Shown here piece after piece: positions 30,586 through 41,759 of a DNA stretch of 64,000 bases; the stretch's first letter is position 1, and each line of letters opens with the position of its first letter. Source of the DNA: an uncultured Nitrospinota bacterium (GTDB taxonomy: Bacteria > Tectomicrobia > Entotheonellia > J063 > CAVPRW01); NCBI GenBank assembly GCA_963707985.1, contig CAVPRW010000023.1, positions 1-64,000 of the forward strand. Direction: 5' to 3'. The notes under the pieces are model-generated. The model did no database searches and was not told the DNA's origin. It worked only from the letters and a program-made list of their open reading frames with translations. The position numbers and the translations under genes are program-made.

Positions 30586-31239
30586 TACCGCCACCTCACA
30601 TGACGCAGAGACGCAGATTGGTACGCAACCCCGCCTTCTGGCTGAGGGCTGGCCGGCAATTATGCATGCACGCAGGGGGCAGGTCACCATGACAGCTTTG
30701 GTCAAAGGCCGCATGGGACAGGAGCAGAACAGCCGGTCATGGATCACTCAGCAACGCCATGGTCCGCTGGTGCATCAGCCCATGCGCTGATCGAGAGGTC
30801 TGACGACACGCGGACCTCTGGGCTGACGGGCGTGTTGACATCCCCTGCGCGGTTTCACTTAGACTAGAATACACATCTTGGCACCTGTCTGGCTGGAGCC
30901 AATGGATGGCCGAGGCGGCACCAGCGAAGGAGCGTGTGGATGAAGAAGCGGCCTGCGAGTCTGTCTCCCGCCTTTGAGCGTCCGGCCCTGCCGGTGCTCC
31001 CTCGTCGCTCCCGGTCCTTGGTCCGCCCCAACTGCTGACCCCGTCCGTCCCCTGTATTCCTCACAACGCAGCTCCCAGCATCCATGGCGATGCCTCCCCC
31101 GCAGAGGGTTGGCGGCCCCATCAGGGTCGCCGTGAGGCGCCCCACCGGCACACGACCGTGAGCACGTGCCCATCCAGACCCCCGAGCCGGGGCACCAGCG
31201 TACTGCGCGTACGGAGGACATCGGCGAAAGGGGAACGCC

Positions 31240-31767
31240 ATGCTCCAGCAAGCAGATGCCAAGCCGACGGGACACACGTCAACGCACTGGTTCGAGGCCG
31301 TTGCAGGGCTCGGTGAACTAGAGAAGAACCTGGTGGATCGAGGACCTTCGAGGCCTGACCGCCGTCGAGGGCCTGTCATCCAAACCCTGCTCGTGATCGT
31401 GGGACTCGTCGGGTTTTTGCTCACCGCGACCCCCGATGTCACCGACGGAAGCACCTCCCGGGGCGCACAGGTGGGCGTCGCCTCCTGGTATGGGAAGCAG
31501 CATCAGGGCCGCAGGACCGCCAGCGGGGAACGCTTCTCACGGGGGAGCTTCACGGCGGCGCATCGATCCTTACCCCTCGGCACCAGGGTCAAGGTCATCA
31601 ACTTGCGGACGCAGCAACAGGTGGTCGTCACCATCACGGACCGCGGACCCTACGGGGGCAGTAGACAGCGCATCATCGACCTCTCCGAAGCGGCGGCCGC
31701 ACGCGTGGGATTGCTGGAGCGCGGCACCGAACGGGTGCAGGTCGTGGTGGTCGACCCCGCCTCGTAG
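31240..31767 (+). CDS. rlpA: Septal ring lytic transglycosylase RlpA family (DPBB) protein
   Basis: GVASWYG, TASGE, TAAHRSLPLGT, DRGPY, IIDLS, preceded by a TM segment. Confidence 0.9.
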   Translation: MLQQADAKPTGHTSTHWFEAVAGLGELEKNLVDRGPSRPDRRRGPVIQTLLVIVGLVGFLLTATPDVTDGSTSRGAQVGVASWYGKQHQGRRTASGERFSRGSFTAAHRSLPLGTRVKVINLRTQQQVVVTITDRGPYGGSRQRIIDLSEAAAARVGLLERGTERVQVVVVDPAS

Positions 31768-32207
31768 GTCCCATCTCGCACCTCGATGGACCGAGGCCAA
31801 TGGCAGGCAAAGCAGTGCAACGACGGCACGGCACTTGCTATTCAGGCGGCTCTTGTGGTGCCCGTCATCTCTCGCCAGCTCTCACATCTGTGGACCATTG
31901 CTTGGCGATAGCATTATCCAGATAATGCGCTGTGCGCCATCGCACGGGAGGTTTGACCACGCCTACAAAGCAATTCAGGGGAGGCCGGCAAAACGGTTCT
32001 GGCATCGTGCCCCTGGAGGCCATTCGAGGGATAATCTCCCTTGCAATTGAACGGGTTCCCATTCCAGCCGACCAGTTCTATCCTTTGTCCTCATACATCC
32101 TTCCCCGGTGGGGGTGCCTCATCCCCAATCAGCTACAGTCCCAAAGGCGCCCGGTGAGCCAAGTGTGAGCTCGGAATAGCCTAAGATAGACTACAGGAAT
32201 ACCGATC

Positions 32208-32279
32208 TTTACACAATCTTGATGCCGCAGGGTCTTCTTTTGACGACCGCTTGACCTGCTACGCGCTACAGTATATCGT
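32208..32279 (+). promoter_or_regulatory. kdp promoter with OmpR/KdpE-like 11-bp-period direct repeats
   Basis: TTTACA-N5-TTGATG and TTGACG-N5-TTGACC; TTGACC-17 bp-TATCGT. Confidence 0.5.
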
Positions 32280-32326
32280 CGATCGGAGCGTGGTGTCCAA
32301 ACCATATTTGTCGGGAGGGACTATAC

Positions 32327-32410
32327 GTGCTCGATGTCTTTTTTCTGGTCCTGACAGTGGTCTTTTTTGTCGGCTGCCTGGCCTACATCGTCGGCTGTGA
32401 GCGGCTCTAA
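32327..32410 (+). CDS. 27-aa membrane peptide upstream of kdpF (not in the ORF track)
   Basis: GGAGG RBS, GTG start, MLDVFFLVLTVVFFVGCLAYIVGCERL*. Confidence 0.7.
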   Translation: MLDVFFLVLTVVFFVGCLAYIVGCERL

Positions 32411-32437
32411 AGGCATACCTATCGTGGAGGGAAACTC

Positions 32438-32527
32438 ATGACTCTGGATTACCTCCTGGGCGGTCTGGTCACGCTCGGCTTGCTGGTCTATCTCGTCTAC
32501 GCCTTATTGCGACCCGAGCGCTTTTAG
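32438..32527 (+). CDS. kdpF: K+-transporting ATPase subunit F (not in the ORF track)
   Basis: GGAGG RBS; MTLDYLLGGLVTLGLLVYLVYALLRPERF* with the diagnostic YL.YAL.RPE.F ending. Confidence 0.92.
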   Translation: MTLDYLLGGLVTLGLLVYLVYALLRPERF

Positions 32528-32539
32528 GGAGAGCATACG

Positions 32540-34273
32540 ATGACGCTGAATGGGGTGCTGCAAATCGCCTTGTATATCGTGGTCCTGGTTTTACTCGTCA
32601 AGCCCCTGGGCCTGTACATGGCACGTGTCTTCAACGGCGAGCGGACGTTCCTCGATCCGGTCCTGCGGCCAGTCGAGCGCATCATTTACTGGATCAGTGG
32701 TGTGGATCCGAGGCAAGAACAGCATTGGACGACATACACGGCGGCAATGCTGCTGTTTAATCTGGCCGGCTTCGTGGTCCTTTACGCCTTGCAACGGCTG
32801 CAGCACGTGCTGCCGCTGAATCCGCAGGACTTCGGGCCGCCTTCGGCAGATTCGGCCTTCAACACGGCCGTGAGTTTCACGAGTAACACCAACTGGCAGT
32901 CCTATGCCGGTGAGAGCACGATGAGCTATCTCGTCGCAGATGGCTGGCCTGACGGTGCAAAACTTTGTCTCGGCGGCGACGGGCATCGCCCTCGTCATTG
33001 CGCTGATTCGGGCCTTTGCTCGCAATTCAGCCCGGACCCTGGGCAACTTCTGGGTAGACATGGTGCGGACCACGCTCTGGGTGCTGCTGCCGCTGTCGCT
33101 GGTCCTGGCTCTGGTGCTGGTCTGGCAGGGCGTTGCCGCAGAATTTACAGCCCTATGTCGACGCCACCACGGTTGAGGGCGGCTCGCAGACGATCGCCCA
33201 GGGGCCAGTGGCCTCGCAGCTCGCCATCAAGCAACTCGGCACCAACGGCGGCGGCTTCTTCAATGCCAACTCGGCACATCCCTACGAGAACCCGACGCCG
33301 CTGTCGAATTTCCTCGAAATGGTGGCGATTCTGGTGATCGGCGGGGCCTTGACCTATACGTTTGGCCATATGGTCGGCGCCACCCGCCAGGGCTGGGCCA
33401 TCTTCACGGCGATGATGGTGGTGGTCGTACTAGGTGTAGGCGTGGCCTATTGGGCCGAGTCGGCCGGCAACCCGGCGTTCGACCGCCTGGGGATCCAAAC
33501 AGACGCCAACGCCATGCAAGCCGGCGGCAACATGGAAGGCAAAGAGGTGCGCTTCGGCATCGCCAACTCGGTGCTCTGGGCGACGACGACCACCGATGCG
33601 TCAAACGGCTCGGTCAACTCCATGCACGACTCCTACACGCCGCTCGGCGGCCTGGTGCCGCTATTTAACATCATGCTCGGCGAGGTGATCGTCGGCGGCG
33701 TGGGCTCCGGTCTGTACGGCATGCTGTTGTTCGTCATTCTGGCGGTGTTCGTCGCCGGGCTGATGGTGGGCCGGACGCCGGAGTACCTGGGCAAGAAGAT
33801 CGAGGCCAAAGAGGTCAAGATGACCGTGCTCGCCCTCATCCTGGTCCTGCCGATCAGCATCCTCGGCTTCACAGCGCTGGCCAGCGTCCACCCCGAGGGG
33901 CTCAAAGGCACCGTTGAACGCCGGCCCACATGGCTTTAGCGAGATCCTCTATGTCTTCACCTCGGGCACCGGCAACAACGGCAGCGCCTTCGCGGGCATC
34001 AGCGCCAATACCTTCTTTTACAATCTGACCAATGGCCTCTCCATGCTGTTCGGACGCTTCCTGTTCATCGTGCCGATGATGGCCGTGGCCGGCTCGCTGG
34101 TCGCCAAGAAAGTGGTGCCGCCGTCCAGCGGCACGTTCCCCACCGATGGTGGCACGTTCATCGCGCTCTTGGTGAGCGTCATGCTGATCATGGGCGGCTT
34201 GATCTTCTTTCCGGCGCTGTCGCTGGGCCCCATCGTCGAGCACCTGGACATGATGGCTGGAAAACTGTTCTAA
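32540..34273 (+). CDS. kdpA: K+-transporting ATPase subunit A, three +1 frameshifts (~32935, ~33133, ~33910)
   Basis: [30 protein letters not shown] and NNGSAF are distributed over four consecutive ORF fragments. Confidence 0.92.
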
Positions 34274-34285
34274 GGAGAGCATCGC

Positions 34286-36343
34286 ATGGCTGAGCACGTC
34301 CAAAAACTCTCGCTGTTCGATCCTAGAATCGTCCGGCGAGCGGCTTGGGATTCGGTGACCAAGCTTGCCCCACGTACCTTGATGCGCAACCCGGTCATGT
34401 TCGTGGTCGAAGTCGTGGCCGCGGTGACGACCATCCTCTTCGTCCGCGACCTGCTCGGCGGCACTGGGCATGCCGCTTTCGTCGGCCATATCTCGATATG
34501 GCTGTGGTTCACCGTGCTGTTTGCCAACTTTGCCGAGGCCATGGCCGAGGGACGCGGCAAGGCTCAGGCGGACACCCTGCGACGCACCAAAAGGGAGACC
34601 ATGGCCAAGCGACTGCGCTCAGCAGAGCACCGGGACTATGAGTTGGTGCCTGGGACCGGTCTGCGACAAGGCGATTTGGTGCTCGTCGAGGCGACCGACA
34701 TCATCCCCGGCGATGGGGACGTCATCGAAGGTATTGCCTCGGTGGATGAGTCGGCGATCACGGGGGAGTCGGCGCCGGTGATCCGGGAGAGTGGCGGCGA
34801 TCGCTCGGCCGTGACCGGGGGCACACGTGTCCTCTCGGACTGGATCAAGGTGAAGATTACCTCCAACCCCGGCGAGACCTTTCTGGATCGCATGATCGCG
34901 CTGGTCGAGGGCGCGCAGCGGCAGAAGACGCCGAACGAGATCGCCCTGACGATTCTCCTGGTCGGTCTGACCATCGTGTTCTTGTTGGCCACGTCGACCG
35001 TCGAGTTTTTCGCCATCTATGCTGGTGGGCCGGTCTCGGTGGTCATCCTCATCGCGCTGTTCGTGACGCTCATCCCGACCACCATCGGTGGGCTGCTGTC
35101 GGCCATCGGCATCGCCGGCATGGACCGCCTGGTGCGCTATAACGTCCTGGCCATGTCCGGCCGCGCCGTTGAGGCGGCGGGCGATGTCGATACGCTGCTG
35201 CTCGACAAGACCGGCACCATTACGCTGGGTAATCGTATGGCGACCGAGTTCGTGCCGATGCCCGGCGTGAGTGAGGCGGACCTGGCCGACGCCGCGCAAC
35301 TCGCCTCGCTGAGCGACGAGACCCCAGAGGGGCGCTCCATCGTCGTGCTGGCGAAGGAAAAGTATGGGCTCCGCGGGCGTGAGGTGGCCGAGCGCAGTGC
35401 AGCAATTCATGCCTTTACCGCGCAAACGCGCATGAGTGGCGTCAATGTCAACGGCACCCAGATCCGCAAAGGGGCGAGCGACGCCGTCCTGACATTTGTC
35501 TCAGAGAAGAATGGCGCCAGTTACCGGCCCCCTCCCGAGCTCACGCCAACGGTGGATCGCATCGCCAAGTCGGGCGGCACGCCATTGGTCGTCGCCATGG
35601 ACAGTCGCGTGCTGGGTGTGATCCATCTCAAAGACATCATCAAGGGTGGCATTCGCGAGCGCTTCGCGGAGCTGCGGCGTGCGGGCATTCGCACGGTCAT
35701 GATCACGGGCGATAATCCGATGACGGCGGCGGCCATCGCGGCGGAGGCGGGGGTCGATGACTTTCTGGCGCAGGCGACCCCGGAAGACAAGCTGCAGCTC
35801 ATCCGTGATGAGCAAGCCAAGGGGAAGTTGCTGGCGATGTGCGGTGACGGAACCAATGACGCCCCGGCCTTGGCGCAGGCCGACGTCGGGGTGGCAATGA
35901 ACACGGGGACGTCAGCGGCCAAGGAAGCGGGCAACATGGTGGACCTCGACTCCAACCCTACCAAGCTCCTGGAGATCGTGGAGATCGGCAAGCAGCTTCT
36001 GATTACGCGCGGGGCCTTGACCACCTTCAGCATCGCCAATGATGTGGCCAAGTACTTCGCCATTATCCCCGCCATGTTCGTGGCGACGTACCCCGAGCTG
36101 GCGGCGTTGAACGTCATGCGACTGGCCACGCCGGAGAGCGCCATCCTGTCGGCGGTGATCTTTAACGCCTTGATTATCATTGCGCTGATCCCGCTGGCGT
36201 TGCGCGGGGTCAAGTTCCGACCGATCGGCGCCGCGGCGATTCTACGCCGCAACCTGCTGATCTACGGGGTGGGTGGCGTTATCATCCCGTTCATTGGCAT
36301 CAAAGCCATCGATCTGCTTCTCGTCGCACTGCGCGTGGCGTAG
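34286..36343 (+). CDS. kdpB: K+-transporting P-type ATPase subunit B
   Basis: TGES, DKTGT, KGA and [10 protein letters not shown] motifs. Confidence 0.97.
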   Translation: MAEHVQKLSLFDPRIVRRAAWDSVTKLAPRTLMRNPVMFVVEVVAAVTTILFVRDLLGGTGHAAFVGHISIWLWFTVLFANFAEAMAEGRGKAQADTLRRTKRETMAKRLRSAEHRDYELVPGTGLRQGDLVLVEATDIIPGDGDVIEGIASVDESAITGESAPVIRESGGDRSAVTGGTRVLSDWIKVKITSNPGETFLDRMIALVEGAQRQKTPNEIALTILLVGLTIVFLLATSTVEFFAIYAGGPVSVVILIALFVTLIPTTIGGLLSAIGIAGMDRLVRYNVLAMSGRAVEAAGDVDTLLLDKTGTITLGNRMATEFVPMPGVSEADLADAAQLASLSDETPEGRSIVVLAKEKYGLRGREVAERSAAIHAFTAQTRMSGVNVNGTQIRKGASDAVLTFVSEKNGASYRPPPELTPTVDRIAKSGGTPLVVAMDSRVLGVIHLKDIIKGGIRERFAELRRAGIRTVMITGDNPMTAAAIAAEAGVDDFLAQATPEDKLQLIRDEQAKGKLLAMCGDGTNDAPALAQADVGVAMNTGTSAAKEAGNMVDLDSNPTKLLEIVEIGKQLLITRGALTTFSIANDVAKYFAIIPAMFVATYPELAALNVMRLATPESAILSAVIFNALIIIALIPLALRGVKFRPIGAAAILRRNLLIYGVGGVIIPFIGIKAIDLLLVALRVA

Positions 36344-36351
36344 GAGGACAG

Positions 36352-37281
36352 ATGGAACACACACTTCGCGGGCCAGCTTACGGGCGCTTATTGGTGCTGC
36401 TGCCGCTGCTGGCAGGGTTGTTCGTGGTTGAGCAGCGTGCCCCTGTCTCCTCGGGCGGGCATACGGCCGTGCAAGTCGGCATTGTGCTGTTCATCTATGG
36501 CCTGGTGTGGCTGTGGCTCAGGGCGAATACACTCCAGCTGCTGTGGAGTGCTCAAGGCGTGAGTTACCGGAAGAGGGTGATCGAGGCGCATGGTACGCCG
36601 ATCCGTGTTCTAACGACACGCTCGGCGCCGCGGCAGGCCCATTTTGTCGCTAGGCGAGCGCGCCACCCTCACAGGCGTGGCAATCCAGAAGCTGCAGAGA
36701 AGGAGACTGCGGACATGCTCGGTCAACTTCGACCAGCGGTCATCTTGGTAGTTATCCTCACCGTGATCACGGGGATCATCTATCCCCTGGCCGTCACTGG
36801 CATGGCCCAGTTGCTGTTTCCCCATCAGGCCAACGGCAGTTTGATTGTGCGCAATGGCCAGATCGTTGGCTCCGAGCTGATTGGCCAGAACTTCGCTGAG
36901 GCGCGCTACTTCCACCCACGTCCCTCCGCGGCCGGCAAGGATGGCTATGATGCCACCTCGTCGAGTGGCTCGAACCTGGGGCCGACCAGCCAGGCGCTGA
37001 TTGATCGCATGACGGCGGCCGTGACGGACCTGCGTGCGGAGAACCCCAATGCGCCCATCCCGGTTGATCTCGTGACCACCTCCGGGAGCGGCCTGGACCC
37101 GCATATCACGCCCGCGGCGGCGGCGTTTCAGGTGCCACGCGTGGCCCAGGCACGGGGCCTGTCGGAGGCGCAGGTACAAGCGCTGGTAAGCCAGCACACA
37201 GAGGGCCGGCAGCTCGGCTTCTTGGGTGAGCCACGCGTCAACGTGCTGGCCCTCAATCTGGCGCTCGATGCCCAGCGATGA
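36352..37281 (+). CDS. kdpC: K+-transporting ATPase subunit C (canonical start 36715) with an in-frame 121-aa two-TM N-terminal extension
   Basis: From 36715: [44 protein letters not shown]. Both 36352 (AGGAGG) and 36715 (AAGGAG) have RBSs. Confidence 0.9.
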   Translation: MEHTLRGPAYGRLLVLLPLLAGLFVVEQRAPVSSGGHTAVQVGIVLFIYGLVWLWLRANTLQLLWSAQGVSYRKRVIEAHGTPIRVLTTRSAPRQAHFVARRARHPHRRGNPEAAEKETADMLGQLRPAVILVVILTVITGIIYPLAVTGMAQLLFPHQANGSLIVRNGQIVGSELIGQNFAEARYFHPRPSAAGKDGYDATSSSGSNLGPTSQALIDRMTAAVTDLRAENPNAPIPVDLVTTSGSGLDPHITPAAAAFQVPRVAQARGLSEAQVQALVSQHTEGRQLGFLGEPRVNVLALNLALDAQR

Positions 37282-37406
37282 ACCAACAAGCTGGCATGGT
37301 CCTCAGCCTCGTGAGGTGCACCGCCCTGGACGTTCGGGGGTAAACACCCCCGGACGACAGAGCAGCATCGTTCTGCGATGCAACGAAGCGCTCAGAGGAG
37401 ACCTCC

Positions 37407-38285
37407 ATGCGAATGACCCCCCTACTCGGCGTCATGGCCATGGCCACCCTCATGTCGAGCTGTAGCAATCCCTCCACCCCGGCCGGCTATGTCGGCTACG
37501 TGGTGAAGCAACCCATCGCCATCGGGCAGGATGCGTTCATCACGACGCAGGATGGTCCGACCTCCACGGGACTCGGCTGGCGCCTGCGCGTGCTCAACGT
37601 CTCGGTCACCCCCTATACCTTTCGCGAACCGTTCTTCGAGCAGGAAAGTATCTTGAGCCAGGATAACTTGAAGGTCGGCTTCGAATTGAGTGTCACCTGG
37701 CGCATCCGGCGCTCACAGGTCCGCGACTTCGTCGAACGCTTCACCACCCTGGGACTGGGGACCGATCCCGAGAAAATTGTCCGCGTCGCCTATGACAATT
37801 ACATCAAACAAGCCATCCGGACCTTTGCCCGCGCCGAGGTCCAAAAATATGACGGCCTCCAGATCAAGAATAACATCGATACCATCGATACGGCCATTGC
37901 GGCACGGATGAACTCCATGCTGGCGAGCACCCCCTTCGAGATTATCGCCGCCCTCGTCAGTGATATCCGCTATCCCGATGTGGTCGCGAGTGCCGTGGCG
38001 CAGAAGATTGCCGCCACCCAGGTCCTGGACCAAAAGACGACGGAGATTCTGATCACCGTGAAGGAGGCGGAGAAGCGGGAGAAGGAAGCGGAAGGGGTCT
38101 CCCGCGCCATGGCCATGATCAAGAGTCAGCTCACGCCGGAATATTTGCAATACGAAGCGATCAAGGCCCAACTCTCCATGGTCGCCAGCCCGAATCATAC
38201 GGTGATGTATATCCCGGTGGGGCCGATGGGGGTCCCGCTCGTGGGCACCATCGATATGTCCAAGGTGCCGCTGAGCACCAAGTGA
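37407..38285 (+). CDS. SPFH/band-7 (prohibitin-like) lipoprotein
   Basis: Lipobox-like LMSSC, PAGYVG, SQDNLKV, coiled-coil tail, LTPEYLQY. Confidence 0.8.
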   Translation: MRMTPLLGVMAMATLMSSCSNPSTPAGYVGYVVKQPIAIGQDAFITTQDGPTSTGLGWRLRVLNVSVTPYTFREPFFEQESILSQDNLKVGFELSVTWRIRRSQVRDFVERFTTLGLGTDPEKIVRVAYDNYIKQAIRTFARAEVQKYDGLQIKNNIDTIDTAIAARMNSMLASTPFEIIAALVSDIRYPDVVASAVAQKIAATQVLDQKTTEILITVKEAEKREKEAEGVSRAMAMIKSQLTPEYLQYEAIKAQLSMVASPNHTVMYIPVGPMGVPLVGTIDMSKVPLSTK

Positions 38286-38710
38286 AGGCGCTATGAGGCT
38301 CGGGCTCAATCCACGCCACGGGCCCGCCCTTGTGCAGAACGGCTTCGAGGCGGCAGCATGAGCTCACGATCCCGGCGGCGAGGACAATCCGTGCACCATC
38401 GAACACCTCCGGGGACAACAGCTCGAAGTCCTCTGGGAGCACGCGATGGATCCCGAGATGCCTGCCGGGGAAGTGTGGACCAATGGGGAAAAATTGTCAG
38501 TCGCCCGGTCAACATGATCGGGTCACCCTTACTGACGGAGGCATCGGACGGAGGCATCAGGCTGCCACACGAGCACGACGATGTCGTCATACAGAAAAGA
38601 CATCAGCACCGACCCGCGGAGTTGGATAGCATCACCCCTGCTCCCACAACTTGAGGATGACCATGTTGAGCCAGGAAGGTACCGTGGCGCATGCCACGCT
38701 AGCGAAGGCC

Positions 38711-38917
38711 TCAGCGCTGAAATGCGAGGAAGGCTTGGGAGGTATTCATGGCAAATGGGCGTGCTTCCCGTGTGTGGTACACAGTAACAGCCAATTGATA
38801 TAAGTGATCGCTGGTCGTGACCCCCACAGGCCGCTCCCCTTTATGGGCTCGGATATCCCGCCAGATAGTCTTCCACTTCGATTTCATGGTCAGTTTTTTC
38901 CAGTACGAGTTTGCCAT
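38711..38917 (-). CDS. Small hypothetical protein
   Basis: AAAGGA RBS before the ATG; no recognisable family. Confidence 0.3.
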   Translation of the reverse strand: MANSYWKKLTMKSKWKTIWRDIRAHKGERPVGVTTSDHLYQLAVTVYHTREARPFAMNTSQAFLAFQR

Positions 38918-39444
38918 GGTGTCCTTTCACTGACTTTGTGCGTCGTCTTCGTTGCGTCTGACCCCTCACAGGGTGTGTGAGAAGAGGGAGAGGGATATTG
39001 CCCACATTGGCGAAATAACATACCAGCGAGTGCAACGTCGTGCAAGCCCTGATATATTAGATAAGCAAGACTGATGCCAACTTTGCAGCGATGCCCCACC
39101 AGACGGTCCAACAATGGCGGATGCGGCGACCAGCGGCAATGGCCTACCGATTCCATGTCATTACATCCCCATTGCCAACACCCTGGGGTAGGATGACGCG
39201 GGCCGTTCATCTTGAATCCCACCTTGCCTTGTGTGGGTTTGAAGTAATGAATCCCTTCACTCAAGACCCCCTGGAATACGAAGTTCAGGATGGTTTAGGG
39301 GCGGTTAAGGGCCCGCCCGACGAGCTCTTAGCTGCAGCGGGCGCTGTACTATGAGGAAAACTCATGGTCTACATGAGTATATTCATGCCTACGATCGCAC
39401 TAGGAAGCGTAAGGGAGATCGCCAAATCTTTCCCCACATTCTTG

Positions 39445-39472
39445 TTGACAGGGTATGGTTGTCTGCTACACT
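39445..39472 (+). promoter_or_regulatory. Sigma70-type promoter
   Basis: TTGACA-16 bp-TACACT with an extended TG motif. Confidence 0.6.
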
Positions 39473-39538
39473 GGGCCTCCGCGCCCAGATTGAGGTGACG
39501 TGTTGCGAGGATGCTATGCAAACGGCAAGGAGGAGCCC

Positions 39539-39958
39539 ATGCACACGTGGCGAGTCGCGGTCTTCGGCTTGGTCTTGAGCGGATTATTTCTCGGTTCACC
39601 AACAGGGTCTGAGGAACCGCTAGCCGTGGGGCCTGAAAACCGTCAGGGCCAGACAAATCTCGCGCCCAACATGCAGGAGCGTTGGAAAGCCATCAATGAG
39701 ATTGCAGCACTCATCACGGCGGGGAATTTTACGCGAGCGTCGGAACTCGCGAAACGCGCCTTGCCATTGCCCAAAGATTTGACCAGCAAAGACCTCCAAG
39801 CGTTGGCAGAAGATTTTGATACGCGTGTGCAGGCCTTTCGGCACATCTTGGTGGGGCGCGATCCGCTCCAGTCGTTGCAGGCGTGGAATGCCGTCTTTCA
39901 GGGGTGTGTGGGGTGTCACACGGAGCGAGGGATCAAGGGACAGAAGCTTCGGGAATAG
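39539..39958 (+). CDS. Periplasmic class II (c'-like) cytochrome c
   Basis: Signal peptide, helical body, single C-terminal CVGCH haem motif; AGGAGG RBS. Confidence 0.75.
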   Translation: MHTWRVAVFGLVLSGLFLGSPTGSEEPLAVGPENRQGQTNLAPNMQERWKAINEIAALITAGNFTRASELAKRALPLPKDLTSKDLQALAEDFDTRVQAFRHILVGRDPLQSLQAWNAVFQGCVGCHTERGIKGQKLRE

Positions 39959-40001
39959 CGCCCTGACCTGGGCACGAGCGTCGGATTGAGGTAGGCTGCG
40001 C

Positions 40002-40355
40002 ATGCTGAACATGAGACGCATCGTCGTATGGGCATTCATCGCCGTCTTGGCTGCATGTACGAGTGTGTTCCCCGGAAACCCTACTGCAGGACAAGGTGGG
40101 TCGGAACAAATCAGTTGCCGCCAGCTGTATCAGAGTTATACGCGCTGTTATGAGACAGGCCAGCGCATAGGGTATGAGGCCTGTGTCGCCGCGGCTCACC
40201 AGACATCGGAAGAACTGTTAAGGCCGTTGGGGCAGAGTCTTCTCCTGGGATTGGCCGTGCGAGCGTTAGAGATGGCATGTCTGCTAGGGTGTGAGACGGC
40301 CAAGACCGCCACCTTCCTTGCGTATCCTGATTTCGAGCGGGCCATGTGCCCGTGA
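40002..40355 (+). CDS. Small exported Cys-rich hypothetical protein
   Basis: Signal/lipoprotein-like N-terminus and six further Cys residues. Confidence 0.6.
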   Translation: MLNMRRIVVWAFIAVLAACTSVFPGNPTAGQGGSEQISCRQLYQSYTRCYETGQRIGYEACVAAAHQTSEELLRPLGQSLLLGLAVRALEMACLLGCETAKTATFLAYPDFERAMCP

Positions 40356-40455
40356 CTCGCGGAAGGTCGTGAGCTGCCCTCAGGGCTCACCGGACCGCAT
40401 AGCGGTGTGGGTGCAACCCTGGATGAACCAGCGGGTCGGGCCTTCCTGTCGGTCC

Positions 40456-40656
40456 ATGTGTGAAGTCCTCACGGAGCCCGAGGCCATCCACCGGGTGGTT
40501 GCGCTCTTTACAGCCAAGTGTCCGCAGATCGCGGCGCTGCCGGTACCCATAGACCCTTCGAGCGTCGTCTTCCTGAGGATCACGCCCATCGTGATTTCCC
40601 TTCTGGTCTAAACCAAGGGGTTTGGGCACACGGAAATGGTCTCCATCGACGCGTAA
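40456..40656 (+). pseudogene. C-terminal remnant of a pyridoxamine 5'-phosphate oxidase-like protein
   Basis: VFLRITPIVISLLV*TKGFGHTEMV resembles the family C-terminus; there is an in-frame TAA at 40609 and no N-terminal part. Confidence 0.5.
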
Positions 40657-41194
40657 GGCCGCACCATTGCCCCACACGAAGGCGGCGATCCCCGATCAAA
40701 CGTTTTTTGATGTCTAGGTCACAAATAACCGCTACTCGTAGAGCCGATGAAGCGGGCACCGGTTATGCGTTGGGCGGTATGGTGTGTGCTCTCAAAGGTT
40801 CCACACATGTCAAGCCCAGAGGTCGGGAACGTATCGCACATGGGCTGTGGCATGTCACGAAAACGAGGATACGCCATAAAAAACTCCCCACGGTGATACA
40901 ATTTCGGAGGGAGTGTCAACGCGCGTCCCGCCTGGAAATACACCCATACGCCAGGCTTAGAAGTAGGGAGGCATATCCATCATGGAGGGTTCACTGGCCA
41001 TTACGGAGGATTGGTCATGCGGACACGCAATGAGGGCTGGCCGATCAGCACGCCATCCCTCTGGTGCCTCTGCAGGTGCTCCCCTCGCCCCGCGTGGTAT
41101 CATGGAAAGATACCGTCAGCGCTCAGGATCCCATCAGAGCGACTGAGGCGATGGTGGTTGTGATAAAGGTGGTACCAGCAGGGGAGAGACAGTC

Positions 41195-41683
41195 GTGAGA
41201 CTCTTAGACTTTATCCAGAAGCGGCGCTCCCAGATACGTCGGGCCTTGCAGCCCGCACCAACGGAGGTCGAGGAGGCCTCCCTCCTCAACAATCGTGATA
41301 TCCAGGCGCTGCTCCACGAGGAAATCGCCGCCGCACAACAGTTGGGTCCTGGCCCATGGCCGCGCGTGAAGAAAGCCAATATGGAGGCCGCGCTAGTGTT
41401 CAAGCCTGTCCTCGAGGCCACGCATCAACTGGCGCAGGCGTTAGGAGGAAACGCACAGATCACGTTGACGATGCGTGACAACGACGTTGAGCTCGTCATA
41501 GGGCAGGAGCGAAGGGTCAGAGTATCACGCTATGGCTGGCAGCGCGACTTTGCTGTCGAGGACCACATCTACTGCCCTGATCTCGGGGACTCTGTTGAAC
41601 GAACGTACTCGTTCCAGACTCCCAATGACGTGGTCACCTTCATCGTCAGAGCCTGTGCAGAGTTCTTGGCACGAAAACCCTAA
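41195..41683 (+). CDS. Hypothetical protein
   Basis: 162-aa ORF, GGAG RBS, GTG start, protein-like composition. Confidence 0.6.
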   Translation: MRLLDFIQKRRSQIRRALQPAPTEVEEASLLNNRDIQALLHEEIAAAQQLGPGPWPRVKKANMEAALVFKPVLEATHQLAQALGGNAQITLTMRDNDVELVIGQERRVRVSRYGWQRDFAVEDHIYCPDLGDSVERTYSFQTPNDVVTFIVRACAEFLARKP

Positions 41684-41759
41684 CAACGCTCCACTTCTCT
41701 AGCAAGCGGTCGCGCCCGCCATCAGCGCGATCGGCCATACACCATGGCGGCGCCAGGAC

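Noticed and set aside
30830..31240. Riboswitch in the long leader of rlpA
   Set aside because: Some GC-rich complementarity, but no recognisable riboswitch consensus.
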